From Nemertoderma westbladi (taxonomy: Eukaryota > Animalia > Xenacoelomorpha): a stretch of DNA of 64,000 bases. Under the pieces are notes generated by a model, which ran no database searches, was not told the DNA's origin, and worked only from the letters and a program-made list of their open reading frames with translations. The DNA lies in assembly GCA_032718475.1 (NCBI GenBank), contig JAUCBJ010007562.1, positions 1 through 64,000 of the forward strand. Reading direction: 5' to 3'. Positions within the stretch are counted from its first letter, which is position 1. Each line of letters starts with the position of its first letter. Position numbers and translations under genes: made by a program. Below, piece by piece: positions 38,501-52,940 of the stretch.

Positions 38501-41500
38501 CTGTTTGAGGTACTTCAGTTGGTTGTCGACTTACTGTTTGAGGTACTTCAGTTGGTTGTCGACTTACCGTTTGAGGTACTTCAGTTGGTTGTCGACTTAC
38601 AGTTTGAGGTACTTCAGTTGGTTGTCGACTTACTGTTTGAGGTACTTCAGTTGGTTGTCGACTTACAGTTTGAGGTACTTCAGTTGGTTGTCGACTTACT
38701 GTTTGAGGTACTTCAGTTGGTTGTCGACTTACTGTTTGAGGTACTTCAGTTGGTTGTCGACTTACCGTTTGAGGTACTTCAGTTGGTTGTCGACTTACAG
38801 TTTGAGGTACTTCAGTTGGTTGTCGACTTACTGTTTGAGGTACTTCAGTTGGTTGTCGACTTACAGTTTGAGGTACTTCAGTTGGTTGTCGACTTACTGT
38901 TTGAGGTACTTCAGTTGGTTGTCGACTTACCGTTTGAGGTACTTCAGTTGGTTGTCGACTTACAGTTTGAGGTACTTCAGTTGGTTGTCGACTTACTGTT
39001 TGAGGTACTTCAGTTGGTTGTCGACTTACAGTTTGAGGTACTTCAGTTGGTTGTCGACTTACAGTTTGAGGTACTTCAGTTGGTTGTCGACTTACAGTTT
39101 GAGGTACTTCAGTTGGTTGTCGACTTACTGTTTGAGGTACTTCAGTTGGTTGTCGACTTACAGTTTGAGGTACTTCAGTTGGTTATCGACTTACCGTTTG
39201 AGGTACTTCAGTTGGTTGTCGACTTACAGTTTGAGGTACTTCAGTTGGTTGTCGACTTACTGTTTGAGGTACTTCAGTTGATTTTCGACTTACAGTTTGA
39301 GGTACTTCAGTTGGTTGTCGACTTACTGTTTGAGGTACTTCAGTTGGTTGTCGACTTACCGTTTGAGGTACTTCAGTTGATTTTCGACTTACAGTTTGAG
39401 GTACTTCAGTTGGTTATCGACTTACAGTTTGAGGTACTTCAGTTGGTTGTCGACTTACAGTTTGAGGTACTTCAGTTGGTTGTCGACTTACTGTTTGAGA
39501 TACTTCAGTTGGTTGTCGACTTACCGTTTGAGGTACTTCAGTTGGTTATCGACTTACCGTTTGAGGTACTTCAGTTGGTTGTCGACTTACCGTTTGAGGT
39601 ACTTCAGTTGATTTTCGACTTACCGTTTGAGGTACTTCAGTTGGTTTTCGACTTACCGTTTGAGGTACTTCAGTTGGTTGTCGACTTACAGTTTGAGGTA
39701 CTTCAGTTGGTTGTCGACTTACAGTTTGAGGTACTTCAGTTGGTTATCAACTTACCGTTTGAGGTACTTCAGTTGGTTATCAACTTACCGTTTGAGGTAC
39801 TTCAGTTGGTTGTCGACTTACCGTTTGAGGTACTTCAGTTGGTTGTTGACTTACCGTTTGAGGTACTTCAGTTGGTTGTCGACTTACCGTTTGAGGTACT
39901 TCAGTTGGTTGTTGACTTACCGTTTGAGGTACTTCAGTTGTTGTTGACTTACCGTTTGAGGTACTTCAGTTGGTTGTCGACTTACAGTTTGAGGTACTTC
40001 AGTTGGTTGTCGACTTACAGTTTGAGGTACTTCAGTTGGTTATCGACTTACAGTTTGAGGTACTTCAGTTGGTTGTCGACTTACAGTTTGAGGTACTTCA
40101 GTTGGTTGTCGACTTACTGTTTGAGGTACTTCAGTTGGTTTTCGACTTACAGTTTGAGGTACTTCTACTTCAGTTGGTTGTCGACTTACAGTTTGAGGTA
40201 CTTCAGTTGGTTGTCGACTTACCGTTTGAGGTACTTCAGTTGGTTGTCGACTTACCGTTTGAGGTACTTCAGTTGGTTGTCGACTTACCGTTTGAGGTAC
40301 TTCAGTTGATTTTCGACTTACAGTTTGAGGTACTTCAGTTGGTTTTCGACTTACCGTTTGAGGTACTTCAGTTGGTTGTCGTCTTACCGTTTGAGGTACT
40401 TCAGTTGATTTTCGACTTACAGTTTGAGGTACTTCAGTTGATTTTCGACTTACAGTTTGAGGTACTTCAGTTGATTTTCGACTTACCGTTTGAGGTACTT
40501 CAGTTAGTTATCAACTTACCGTTTGAGGTACTTCAGTTGGTTGTCGACTTACCGTTTGAGGTACTTCAGTTGGTTATCGACTTACCGTTTGAGGTACTTC
40601 AGTTGATTTTCGACTTACAGTTTGAGGTACTTCAGTTGGTTATCAACTTACCGTTTGAGGTACTTCAGTTGGTTGTCGACTTACCGTTTGAGGTACTTCA
40701 GTTGGTTGTCGACTTACCGTTTGAGGTACTTCAGTTGGTTATCAACTTACCGTTTGAGGTACTTCAGTTGGTTATCGACTTACCGTTTGAGGTACTTCAG
40801 TTGATTTTCGACTTACAGTTTGAGGTACTTCAGTTGGTTATCAACTTACCGTTTGAGGTACTTCAGTTGGTTGTCGACTTACCGTTTGAGGTACTTCAGT
40901 TGGTTGTCGACTTACCGTTTGAGGTACTTCAGTTGGTTATCAACTTACCGTTTGAGGTACTTCAGTTGGTTATCAACTTACCGTTTGAGGTACTTCAGTT
41001 GGTTATCAACTTACCGTTTGAGGTACTTCAGTTGGTTGTCGACTTACCGTTTGAGGTACTTCAGTTGGTTATCAACTTACCGTTTGAGGTACTTCAGTTG
41101 GTTATCGACTTACCGTTTGAGGTACTTCAGTTGATTTTCGACTTACAGTTTGAGGTACTTCAGTTGGTTATCAACTTACCGTTTGAGGTACTTCAGTTGG
41201 TTGTCGACTTACCGTTTGAGGTACTTCAGTTGGTTGTCGACTTACCGTTTGAGGTACTTCAGTTGGTTATCAACTTACCGTTTGAGGTACTTCAGTTGGT
41301 TATCAACTTACCGTTTGAGGTACTTCAGTTGGTTGTCGACTTACAGTTTGAGGTACTTCAGTTGGTTGTCGAATTACCGTTTGAGGTACTTCAGTTGGTT
41401 ATCGACTTACCGTTTGAGGTACTTCAGTTGATTTTCGACTTACAGTTTGAGGTACTTCAGTTGGTTATCAACTTACCGTTTGAGGTACTTCAGTTGGTTA

Positions 41501-44500
41501 TCAACTTACCGTTTGAGGTACTTCAGTTGGTTGTCGACTTACAGTTTGAGGTACTTCAGTTGGTTATCAACTTACCGTTTGAGGTACTTCAGTTGGTTGT
41601 CGACTTACCGTTTGAGGTACTTCAGTTGGTTATCGACTTACCGTTTGAGGTACTTCAGTTGATTTTCGACTTACAGTTTGAGGTACTTCAGTTGGTTATC
41701 AACTTACCGTTTGAGGTACTTCAGTTGGTTGTCGACTTACCGTTTGAGGTACTTCAGTTGGTTGTCGACTTACCGTTTGAGGTACTTCAGTTGGTTATCG
41801 ACTTACCGTTTGAGGTACTTCAGTTGATTTTCGACTTACAGTTTGAGGTACTTCAGTTGGTTATCAACTTACCGTTTGAGGTACTTCAGTTGGTTGTCGA
41901 CTTACCGTTTGAGGTACTTCAGTTGGTTATCGACTTACCGTTTGAGGTACTTCAGTTGATTTTCGGCTTACCGTTTGAGGTACTTCAGTTGGTTGTCGAC
42001 TTACCGTTTGAGGTACTTCAGTTGGTTATCGACTTACCGTTTGAGGTACTTCAGTTGGTTATCGACTTACCGTTTGAGGTACTTCAGTTGGTTGTCGACT
42101 TACCGTTTGAGGTACTTCAGTTGGTTTTCGACTTACCGTTTGAGGTACTTCAGTTGATTTTCGACTTACCGTTTGAGGTACTTCAGTTGATTGTCGACTT
42201 ACCGTTTGAGGTACTTCAGTTGGTTGTCGACTTACCGTTTGAGGTACTTCAGTTGGTTATCGACTTACCGTTTGAGGTACTTCAGTTGATTTTCGACTTA
42301 CCGTTTGAGGTACTTCTACTTCAGTTGATTTTCGACTTACCGTTTGAGGTACTTCAGTTGGTTATCGACTTACCGTTTGAGGTACTTCAGTTGATTTTCG
42401 ACTTACCGTTTGAGGTACTTCTACTTCAGTTGGTTGTCGACTTACCGTTTGAGGTACTTCAGTTGATTTTCGACTTACCGTTTGAGGTACTTCTACTTCA
42501 GTTGGTTGTCGACTTACCGTTTGAGGTACTTCAGTTGATTTTCGACTTACCGTTTGAGGTACTTCAGTTGGTTGTCGACTTACCGTTTGAGGTACTTCAG
42601 TTGATTTTCGACTTACCGTTTGAGGTACTTCAGTTGGTTTTCGACTTACCGTTTGAGGTACTTCAGTTGGTTGTCGACTTACAGTTTGAGGTACTTCTAC
42701 TTCAGTTGGTTGTCGACTTACAGTTTGAGGTACTTCAGTTGGTTTTCGACTTACCGTTTGAGGTACTTCAGTTGATTTTCGACTTACCGTTTGAGGTACT
42801 TCAGTTGGTTTTCGACTTACCGTTTGAGGTACTTCAGTTGGTTGTCGACTTACCGTTTGAGGTACTTCAGTTGGTTGTCGGCTTACCGTTTGAGGTACTT
42901 CAGTTGATTTTCGACTTACCGTTTGAGGTACTTCAGTTGGTTGTCGACTTACAGTTTGAGGTACTTCAGTTGGTTGTCGACTTACAGTTTGAGGTACTTC
43001 AGTTGGTTATCGACTTACAGTTTGAGGTACTTCAGTTGGTTGTCGATTTACAGTTTGAGGTACTTCAGTTGGTTGTCGACTTACTGTTTGAGGTACTTCA
43101 GTTGGTTGTCGACTTACCGTTTGAGGTACTTCAGTTGATTTTCGACTTACAGTTTGAGGTACTTCAGTTGGTTGTCGACTTACTGTTTGAGGTACTTCAG
43201 TTGGTTGTCGACTTACCGTTTGAGGTACTTCAGTTGGTTGTCGACTTACAGTTTGAGGTACTTCAGTTGGTTGTCGACTTACTGTTTGAGGTACTTCAGT
43301 TGGTTGTCGACTTACAGTTTGAGGTACTTCAGTTGATTTTCGACTTACCGTTTGAGGTACTTCAGTTGGTTGTCGACTTACAGTTTGAGGTACTTCAGTT
43401 GGTTGTCGACTTACAGTTTGAGGTACTTCAGTTGGTTGTCGACTTACAGTTTGAGGTACTTCAGTTGATTTTCGACTTACCGTTTGAGGTACTTCAGTTG
43501 ATTTTCGACTTACCGTTTGAGGTACTTCAGTTGGTTGTCGACTTACAGTTTGAGGTACTTCAGTTGGTTGTCGACTTACAGTTTGAGGTACTTCAGTTGG
43601 TTATCGACTTACAGTTTGAGGTACTTCAGTTGGTTATCGACTTACTGTTTGAGGTACTTCAGTTGGTTGTCGACTTACCGTTTGAGGTACTTCAGTTGAT
43701 TTTCGACTTACAGTTTGAGGTACTTCAGTTGGTTGTCGACTTACTGTTTGAGGTACTTCAGTTGGTTGTCGACTTACCGTTTGAGGTACTTCAGTTGATT
43801 TTCGACTTACAGTTTGAGGTACTTCAGTTGGTTGTCGACTTACTGTTTGAGGTACTTCAGTTGGTTGTCGACTTACCGTTTGAGGTACTTCAGTTGGTTG
43901 TCGACTTACAGTTTGAGGTACTTCAGTTGGTTGTCGACTTACTGTTTGAGGTACTTCAGTTGGTTGTCGACTTACCGTTTGAGGTACTTCAGTTGATTTT
44001 CGACTTACAGTTTGAGGTACTTCAGTTGGTTGTCGACTTACTGTTTGAGGTACTTCAGTTGGTTGTCGACTTACCGTTTGAGGTACTTCAGTTGGTTGTC
44101 GACTTACAGTTTGAGGTACTTCAGTTGGTTGTCGACTTACAGTTTGAGGTACTTCAGTTGGTTGTCGACTTACTGTTTGAGGTACTTCAGTTGGTTGTCG
44201 ACTTACTGTTTGAGGTACTTCAGTTGGTTGTCGACTTACCGTTTGAGGTACTTCAGTTGGTTGTCGACTTACAGTTTGAGGTACTTCAGTTGGTTGTCGA
44301 CTTACTGTTTGAGGTACTTCAGTTGGTTGTCGACTTACAGTTTGAGGTACTTCAGTTGGTTGTCGACTTACTGTTTGAGGTACTTCAGTTGGTTGTCGAC
44401 TTACTGTTTGAGGTACTTCAGTTGGTTGTCGACTTACCGTTTGAGGTACTTCAGTTGGTTGTCGACTTACAGTTTGAGGTACTTCAGTTGGTTGTCGACT

Positions 44501-47500
44501 TACTGTTTGAGGTACTTCAGTTGGTTGTCGACTTACAGTTTGAGGTACTTCAGTTGGTTGTCGACTTACTGTTTGAGGTACTTCAGTTGGTTGTCGACTT
44601 ACCGTTTGAGGTACTTCAGTTGGTTGTCGACTTACAGTTTGAGGTACTTCAGTTGGTTGTCGACTTACTGTTTGAGGTACTTCAGTTGGTTGTCGACTTA
44701 CAGTTTGAGGTACTTCAGTTGGTTGTCGACTTACAGTTTGAGGTACTTCAGTTGGTTGTCGACTTACAGTTTGAGGTACTTCAGTTGGTTGTCGACTTAC
44801 TGTTTGAGGTACTTCAGTTGGTTGTCGACTTACAGTTTGAGGTACTTCAGTTGGTTATCGACTTACCGTTTGAGGTACTTCAGTTGGTTGTCGACTTACA
44901 GTTTGAGGTACTTCAGTTGGTTGTCGACTTACTGTTTGAGGTACTTCAGTTGATTTTCGACTTACAGTTTGAGGTACTTCAGTTGGTTGTTGACTTACTG
45001 TTTGAGGTACTTCAGTTGGTTGTCGACTTACCGTTTGAGGTACTTCAGTTGATTTTCGACTTACAGTTTGAGGTACTTCAGTTGGTTATCGACTTACAGT
45101 TTGAGGTACTTCAGTTGGTTGTCGACTTACAGTTTGAGGTACTTCAGTTGGTTGTCGACTTACTGTTTGAGATACTTCAGTTGGTTGTCGACTTACCGTT
45201 TGAGGTACTTCAGTTGGTTATCGACTTACCGTTTGAGGTACTTCAGTTGGTTGTCGACTTACCGTTTGAGGTACTTCAGTTGATTTTCGACTTACCGTTT
45301 GAGGTACTTCAGTTGGTTTTCGACTTACCGTTTGAGGTACTTCAGTTGGTTGTCGACTTACAGTTTGAGGTACTTCAGTTGGTTGTCGACTTACAGTTTG
45401 AGGTACTTCAGTTGGTTATCAACTTACCGTTTGAGGTACTTCAGTTGGTTATCAACTTACCGTTTGAGGTACTTCAGTTGGTTGTCGACTTACCGTTTGA
45501 GGTACTTCAGTTGGTTGTTGACTTACCGTTTGAGGTACTTCAGTTGGTTGTCGACTTACCGTTTGAGGTACTTCAGTTGGTTGTTGACTTACCGTTTGAG
45601 GTACTTCAGTTGTTGTTGACTTACCGTTTGAGGTACTTCAGTTGGTTGTCGACTTACAGTTTGAGGTACTTCAGTTGGTTGTCGACTTACAGTTTGAGGT
45701 ACTTCAGTTGGTTATCGACTTACAGTTTGAGGTACTTCAGTTGGTTGTCGACTTACAGTTTGAGGTACTTCAGTTGGTTGTCGACTTACTGTTTGAGGTA
45801 CTTCAGTTGGTTTTCGACTTACAGTTTGAGGTACTTCTACTTCAGTTGGTTGTCGACTTACAGTTTGAGGTACTTCAGTTGGTTGTCGACTTACCGTTTG
45901 AGGTACTTCAGTTGGTTGTCGACTTACCGTTTGAGGTACTTCAGTTGGTTGTCGACTTACCGTTTGAGGTACTTCAGTTGATTTTCGACTTACAGTTTGA
46001 GGTACTTCAGTTGGTTTTCGACTTACAGTTTGAGGTACTTCAGTTGGTTTTCGACTTACAGTTTGAGGTACTTCCACTTCAGTTGGTTGTCGACTTACTG
46101 TTTGAGGTACTTCAGTTGGTTTTCGACTTACAGTTTGAGGTACTTCTACTTCAGTTGGTTGTTGACTTACAGTTTGAGGTACTTCTACTTCAGTTGGTTG
46201 TCGACTTACTGTTTGAGGTACTTCAGTTGGTTTTCGACTTACAGTTTGAGGTACTTCTACTTCAGTTGGTTGTCGACTTACTGTTTGAGGTACTTCAGTT
46301 GGTTTTCGACTTACAGTTTGAGGTACTTCTACTTCAGTTGGTTGTTGACTTACAGTTTGAGGTACTTCTACTTCAGTTGGTTTTCGACTTACAGTTTGAG
46401 GTACTTCAGTTGGTTGTCGACTTACAGTTTGAGGTACTTCAGTTGGTTGTTGACTTACAGTATGAGGTACTTCTACTTCAGTTGATTGTCGACTTACAGT
46501 TTGAGGTACTTCAGTTGGTTGTCGACTTACTGTTTGAGGTACTTCAGTTGGTTGTCGACTTACAGTTTGAGGTACTTCAGTTGGTTGTCGACTTACAGTT
46601 TGAGGTACTTCTACTTCAGTTGGTTGTCGACTTACCGTTTGAGGTACTTCAGTTGATTTTCGACTTACCGTTTGAGGTACTTCAGTTGGTTGTCGACTTA
46701 CAGTTTGAGGTACTTCAGTTGGTTGTCGGTTTACCGTTTGAGGTACTTCAGTTGGTTGTCGACTTACCGTTTGAGGTACTTCAGTTGGTTGTCGACTTAC
46801 CGTTTGAGGTACTTCAGTTGGTTGTCGGCTTACCGTTTGAGGTACTTCAGTTGGTTGTCGACTTACCGTTTGAGGTACTTCAGTTGGTTGTCGACTTACC
46901 GTTTGAGGTACTTCAGTTGGTTGTCGGCTTACCGTTTGAGGTACTTCAGTTGGTTGTCGACTTACCGTTTGAGGTACTTCAGTTGGTTGTCGACTTACCG
47001 TTTGAGGTACTTCAGTTGGTTGTCGACTTACCGTTTGAGGTACTTCAGTTGATTTTCGACTTACCGTTTGAGGTACTTCAGTTGATTTTCGACTTACCGT
47101 TTGAGGTACTTCAGTTGGTTGTCGGTTTACCGTTTGAGGTACTTCAGTTGGTTGTCGACTTATCGTTTGAGGTACTTCAGTTGGTTGTCGACTTACCGTT
47201 TGAGGTACTTCAGTTGGTTGTCGGCTTACCGTTTGAGGTACTTCAGTTGGTTGTCGACTTACAGTTTGAGGTACTTCAGTTGGTTGTCGACTTACCGTTT
47301 GAGGTACTTCAGTTGGTTGTCGGCTTACCGTTTGAGGTACTTCAGTTGGTTGTCGACTTACCGTTTGAGGTACTTCAGTTGGTTGTCGACTTACCGTTTG
47401 AGGTACTTCAGTTGGTTGTCGACTTACAGTTTGAGGTACTTCAGTTGGTTGTCGGCTTACAGTTTGAGGTACTTCAGTTGATTTTCGACTTACCGTTTGA

Positions 47501-50500
47501 GGTACTTCAGTTGGTTGTCGACTTACCGTTTGAGGTACTTCAGTTGATTTTCGACTTACCGTTTGAGGTACTTCAGTTGATTTTCGACTTACCGTTTGAG
47601 GTACTTCAGTTGATTTTCGACTTACCGTTTGAGGTACTTCAGTTGATTTTCGACTTACCGTTTGAGGTACTTCAGTTGGTTGTCGACTTACCGTTTGAGG
47701 CCTACTTCAGTTGGTTATCGACTTACCGTTTGAGGTACTTCAGTTGGTTGTCGGCTTACCGTTTGAGGTACTTCAGTTGGTTGTCGACTTACAGTTTGAG
47801 GTACTTCAGTTGGTTGTCGACTTACCGTTTGAGGTACTTCAGTTGGTTGTCGACTTACCGTTTGAGGTACTTCAGTTGGTTGTCGACTTACCGTTTGAGG
47901 TACTTCAGTTGATTTTCGACTTACAGTTTGAGGTACTTCAGTTGATTTTCGACTTACAGTTTGAGGTACTTCAGTTGATTTTCGACTTACAGTTTGAGGT
48001 ACTTCAGTTGATTTTCGACTTACAGTTTGAGGTACTTCAGTTGATTTTCGACTTACAGTTTGAGGTACTTCAGTTGATTTTCGACTTACAGTTTGAGGTA
48101 CTTCAGTTGATTTTCGACTTACAGTTTGAGGTACTTCAGTTGATTTTCGACTTACAGTTTGAGGTACTTCAGTTGGTTGTCGACTTACAGTTTGAGGTAC
48201 TTCAGTTGGTTGTCGACTTACCGTTTGAGGTACTTCAGTTGGTTATCGACTTACCGTTTGAGGTACTTCAGTTGATTTTCGACTTACAGTTTGAGGTACT
48301 TCAGTTGGTTATCAACTTACCGTTTGAGGTACTTCAGTTGGTTATCAACTTACCGTTTGAGGTACTTCAGTTGGTTGTCGACTTACAGTTTGAGGTACTT
48401 CAGTTGGTTATCAACTTACCGTTTGAGGTACTTCAGTTGGTTGTCGACTTACCGTTTGAGGTACTTCAGTTGGTTATCGACTTACCGTTTGAGGTACTTC
48501 AGTTGATTTTCGACTTACAGTTTGAGGTACTTCAGTTGGTTATCAACTTACCGTTTGAGGTACCTCAGTTGGTTGTCGACTTACCGTTTGAGGTACTTCA
48601 GTTGGTTGTCGACTTACCGTTTGAGGTACTTCAGTTGGTTATCGACTTACCGTTTGAGGTACTTCAGTTGATTTTCGACTTACAGTTTGAGGTACTTCAG
48701 TTGGTTATCAACTTACCGTTTGAGGTACTTCAGTTGGTTGTCGACTTACCGTTTGAGGTACTTCAGTTGATTTTCGACTTACAGTTTGAGGTACTTCAGT
48801 TGATTTTCGACTTACAGTTTGAGGTACTTCAGTTGGTTATCAACTTACCGTTTGAGGTACTTCAGTTGGTTGTCGACTTACCGTTTGAGGTACTTCAGTT
48901 GGTTATCGACTTACCGTTTGAGGTACTTCAGTTGATTTTCGACTTACAGTTTGAGGTACTTCAGTTGGTTATCAACTTACCGTTTGAGGTACTTCAGTTG
49001 GTTGTCGACTTACCGTTTGAGGTACTTCAGTTGGTTGTCGACTTACCGTTTGAGGTACTTCAGTTGGTTATCAACTTACCGTTTGAGGTACTTCAGTTGG
49101 TTATCAACTTACCGTTTGAGGTACTTCAGTTGGTTGTCGACTTACAGTTTGAGGTACTTCAGTTGGTTGTCGACTTACCGTTTGAGGTACTTCAGTTGGT
49201 TATCGACTTACCGTTTGAGGTACTTCAGTTGATTTTCGACTTACAGTTTGAGGTACTTCAGTTGGTTATCAACTTACCGTTTGAGGTACTTCAGTTGGTT
49301 ATCAACTTACCGTTTGAGGTACTTCAGTTGGTTGTCGACTTACAGTTTGAGGTACTTCAGTTGGTTATCAACTTACCGTTTGAGGTACTTCAGTTGGTTG
49401 TCGACTTACCGTTTGAGGTACTTCAGTTGATTTTCGACTTACAGTTTGAGGTACTTCAGTTGGTTATCAACTTACCGTTTGAGGTACTTCAGTTGGTTGT
49501 CGACTTACCGTTTGAGGTACTTCAGTTGGTTGTCGACTTACCGTTTGAGGTACTTCAGTTGGTTATCGACTTACCGTTTGAGGTACTTCAGTTGATTTTC
49601 GACTTACAGTTTGAGGTACTTCAGTTGGTTATCAACTTACCGTTTGAGGTACTTCAGTTGGTTGTCGACTTACCGTTTGAGGTACTTCAGTTGGTTGTCG
49701 ACTTACCGTTTGAGGTACTTCAGTTGGTTATCGACTTACCGTTTGAGGTACTTCAGTTGATTTTCGACTTACAGTTTGAGGTACTTCAGTTGGTTATCAA
49801 CTTACCGTTTGAGGTACTTCAGTTGGTTATCGACTTACCGTTTGAGGTACTTCAGTTGATTTTCGACTTACCGTTTGAGGTACTTCAGTTGGTTGTCGAC
49901 TTACCGTTTGAGGTACTTCAGTTGGTTGTCGACTTACCGTTTGAGGTACTTCAGTTGATTTTCGACTTACCGTTTGAGGTACTTCAGTTGGTTTTCGACT
50001 TACCGTTTGAGGTACTTCAGTTGATTTTCGACTTACCGTTTGAGGTACTTCAGTTGGTTATCAACTTACCGTTTGAGGTACCTCAGTTGGTTGTCGACTT
50101 ACCGTTTGAGGTACTTCAGTTGGTTGTCGACTTACCGTTTGAGGTACTTCAGTTGGTTATCGACTTACCGTTTGAGGTACTTCAGTTGGTTGTCGACTTA
50201 CCGTTTGAGGTACTTCAGTTGGTTGTCGACTTACCGTTTGAGGTACTTCAGTTGATTTTCGACTTACCGTTTGAGGTACTTCAGTTGGTTTTCGACTTAC
50301 CGTTTGAGGTACTTCAGTTGATTTTCGACTTACAGTTTGAGGTACTTCAGTTGATTTTCGACTTACAGTTTGAGGTACTTCAGTTGATTTTCGACTTACA
50401 GTTTGAGGTACTTCAGTTGATTTTCGACTTACAGTTTGAGGTACTTCAGTTGATTTTCGACTTACAGTTTGAGGTACTTCAGTTGATTTTCGACTTACAG

Positions 50501-52940
50501 TTTGAGGTACTTCAGTTGATTTTCGACTTACAGTTTGAGGTACTTCAGTTGATTTTCGACTTACAGTTTGAGGTACTTCAGTTGGTTGTCGACTTACAGT
50601 TTGAGGTACTTCAGTTGGTTGTCGACTTACCGTTTGAGGTACTTCAGTTGGTTATCGACTTACCGTTTGAGGTACTTCAGTTGATTTTCGACTTACAGTT
50701 TGAGGTACTTCAGTTGGTTATCAACTTACCGTTTGAGGTACTTCAGTTGGTTATCAACTTACCGTTTGAGGTACTTCAGTTGGTTGTCGACTTACAGTTT
50801 GAGGTACTTCAGTTGGTTATCAACTTACCGTTTGAGGTACTTCAGTTGGTTGTCGACTTACCGTTTGAGGTACTTCAGTTGGTTATCGACTTACCGTTTG
50901 AGGTACTTCAGTTGATTTTCGACTTACAGTTTGAGGTACTTCAGTTGGTTATCAACTTACCGTTTGAGGTACCTCAGTTGGTTGTCGACTTACCGTTTGA
51001 GGTACTTCAGTTGGTTGTCGACTTACCGTTTGAGGTACTTCAGTTGGTTATCGACTTACCGTTTGAGGTACTTCAGTTGATTTTCGACTTACAGTTTGAG
51101 GTACTTCAGTTGGTTATCAACTTACCGTTTGAGGTACTTCAGTTGGTTGTCGACTTACCGTTTGAGGTACTTCAGTTGATTTTCGACTTACAGTTTGAGG
51201 TACTTCAGTTGATTTTCGACTTACAGTTTGAGGTACTTCAGTTGGTTATCAACTTACCGTTTGAGGTACTTCAGTTGGTTGTCGACTTACCGTTTGAGGT
51301 ACTTCAGTTGGTTATCGACTTACCGTTTGAGGTACTTCAGTTGATTTTCGACTTACAGTTTGAGGTACTTCAGTTGGTTATCAACTTACCGTTTGAGGTA
51401 CTTCAGTTGGTTGTCGACTTACCGTTTGAGGTACTTCAGTTGGTTGTCGACTTACCGTTTGAGGTACTTCAGTTGGTTATCAACTTACCGTTTGAGGTAC
51501 TTCAGTTGGTTATCAACTTACCGTTTGAGGTACTTCAGTTGGTTGTCGACTTACAGTTTGAGGTACTTCAGTTGGTTGTCGACTTACCGTTTGAGGTACT
51601 TCAGTTGGTTATCGACTTACCGTTTGAGGTACTTCAGTTGATTTTCGACTTACAGTTTGAGGTACTTCAGTTGGTTATCAACTTACCGTTTGAGGTACTT
51701 CAGTTGGTTATCAACTTACCGTTTGAGGTACTTCAGTTGGTTGTCGACTTACAGTTTGAGGTACTTCAGTTGGTTATCAACTTACCGTTTGAGGTACTTC
51801 AGTTGGTTGTCGACTTACCGTTTGAGGTACTTCAGTTGATTTTCGACTTACAGTTTGAGGTACTTCAGTTGGTTATCAACTTACCGTTTGAGGTACTTCA
51901 GTTGGTTGTCGACTTACCGTTTGAGGTACTTCAGTTGGTTGTCGACTTACCGTTTGAGGTACTTCAGTTGGTTATCGACTTACCGTTTGAGGTACTTCAG
52001 TTGATTTTCGACTTACAGTTTGAGGTACTTCAGTTGGTTATCAACTTACCGTTTGAGGTACTTCAGTTGGTTGTCGACTTACCGTTTGAGGTACTTCAGT
52101 TGGTTGTCGACTTACCGTTTGAGGTACTTCAGTTGGTTATCGACTTACCGTTTGAGGTACTTCAGTTGATTTTCGACTTACAGTTTGAGGTACTTCAGTT
52201 GGTTATCAACTTACCGTTTGAGGTACTTCAGTTGGTTATCGACTTACCGTTTGAGGTACTTCAGTTGATTTTCGACTTACCGTTTGAGGTACTTCAGTTG
52301 GTTGTCGACTTACCGTTTGAGGTACTTCAGTTGGTTGTCGACTTACCGTTTGAGGTACTTCAGTTGATTTTCGACTTACCGTTTGAGGTACTTCAGTTGG
52401 TTGTCGACTTACCGTTTGAGGTACTTCAGTTGGTTGTCGACTTACCGTTTGAGGTACTTCAGTTGATTTTCGACTTACCGTTTGAGGTACTTCAGTTGGT
52501 TGTCGACTTACCGTTTGAGGTACTTCAGTTGATTTTCGACTTACAGTTTGAGGTACTTCAGTTGGTTATCAACTTACCGTTTGAGGTACTTCAGTTGGTT
52601 ATCGACTTACCGTTTGAGGTACTTCAGTTGATTTTCGACTTACCGTTTGAGGTACTTCAGTTGGTTGTCGACTTACCGTTTGAGGTACTTCAGTTGGTTG
52701 TCGACTTACCGTTTGAGGTACTTCAGTTGATTTTCGACTTACCGTTTGAGGTACTTCAGTTGGTTGTCGACTTACCGTTTGAGGTACTTCAGTTGGTTGT
52801 CGACTTACCGTTTGAGGTACTTCAGTTGATTTTCGACTTACCGTTTGAGGTACTTCAGTTGGTTGTCGACTTACCGTTTGAGGTACTTCAGTTGATTTTC
52901 GACTTACCGTTTGAGGTACTTCAGTTGGTTGTCGGCTTAG
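26590..52940 (-). repeat. 33-bp tandem array (~800 copies); minus-strand unit ACT GAA GTA CCT CAA ACG GTA AGT CGA CAA CCA (TEVPQTVSRQP) containing ACG|GTAAGT
   Basis: Direct inspection; 11-codon period in all ORF tracks; the array is continuous with the exon at 52987. Confidence 0.98.
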
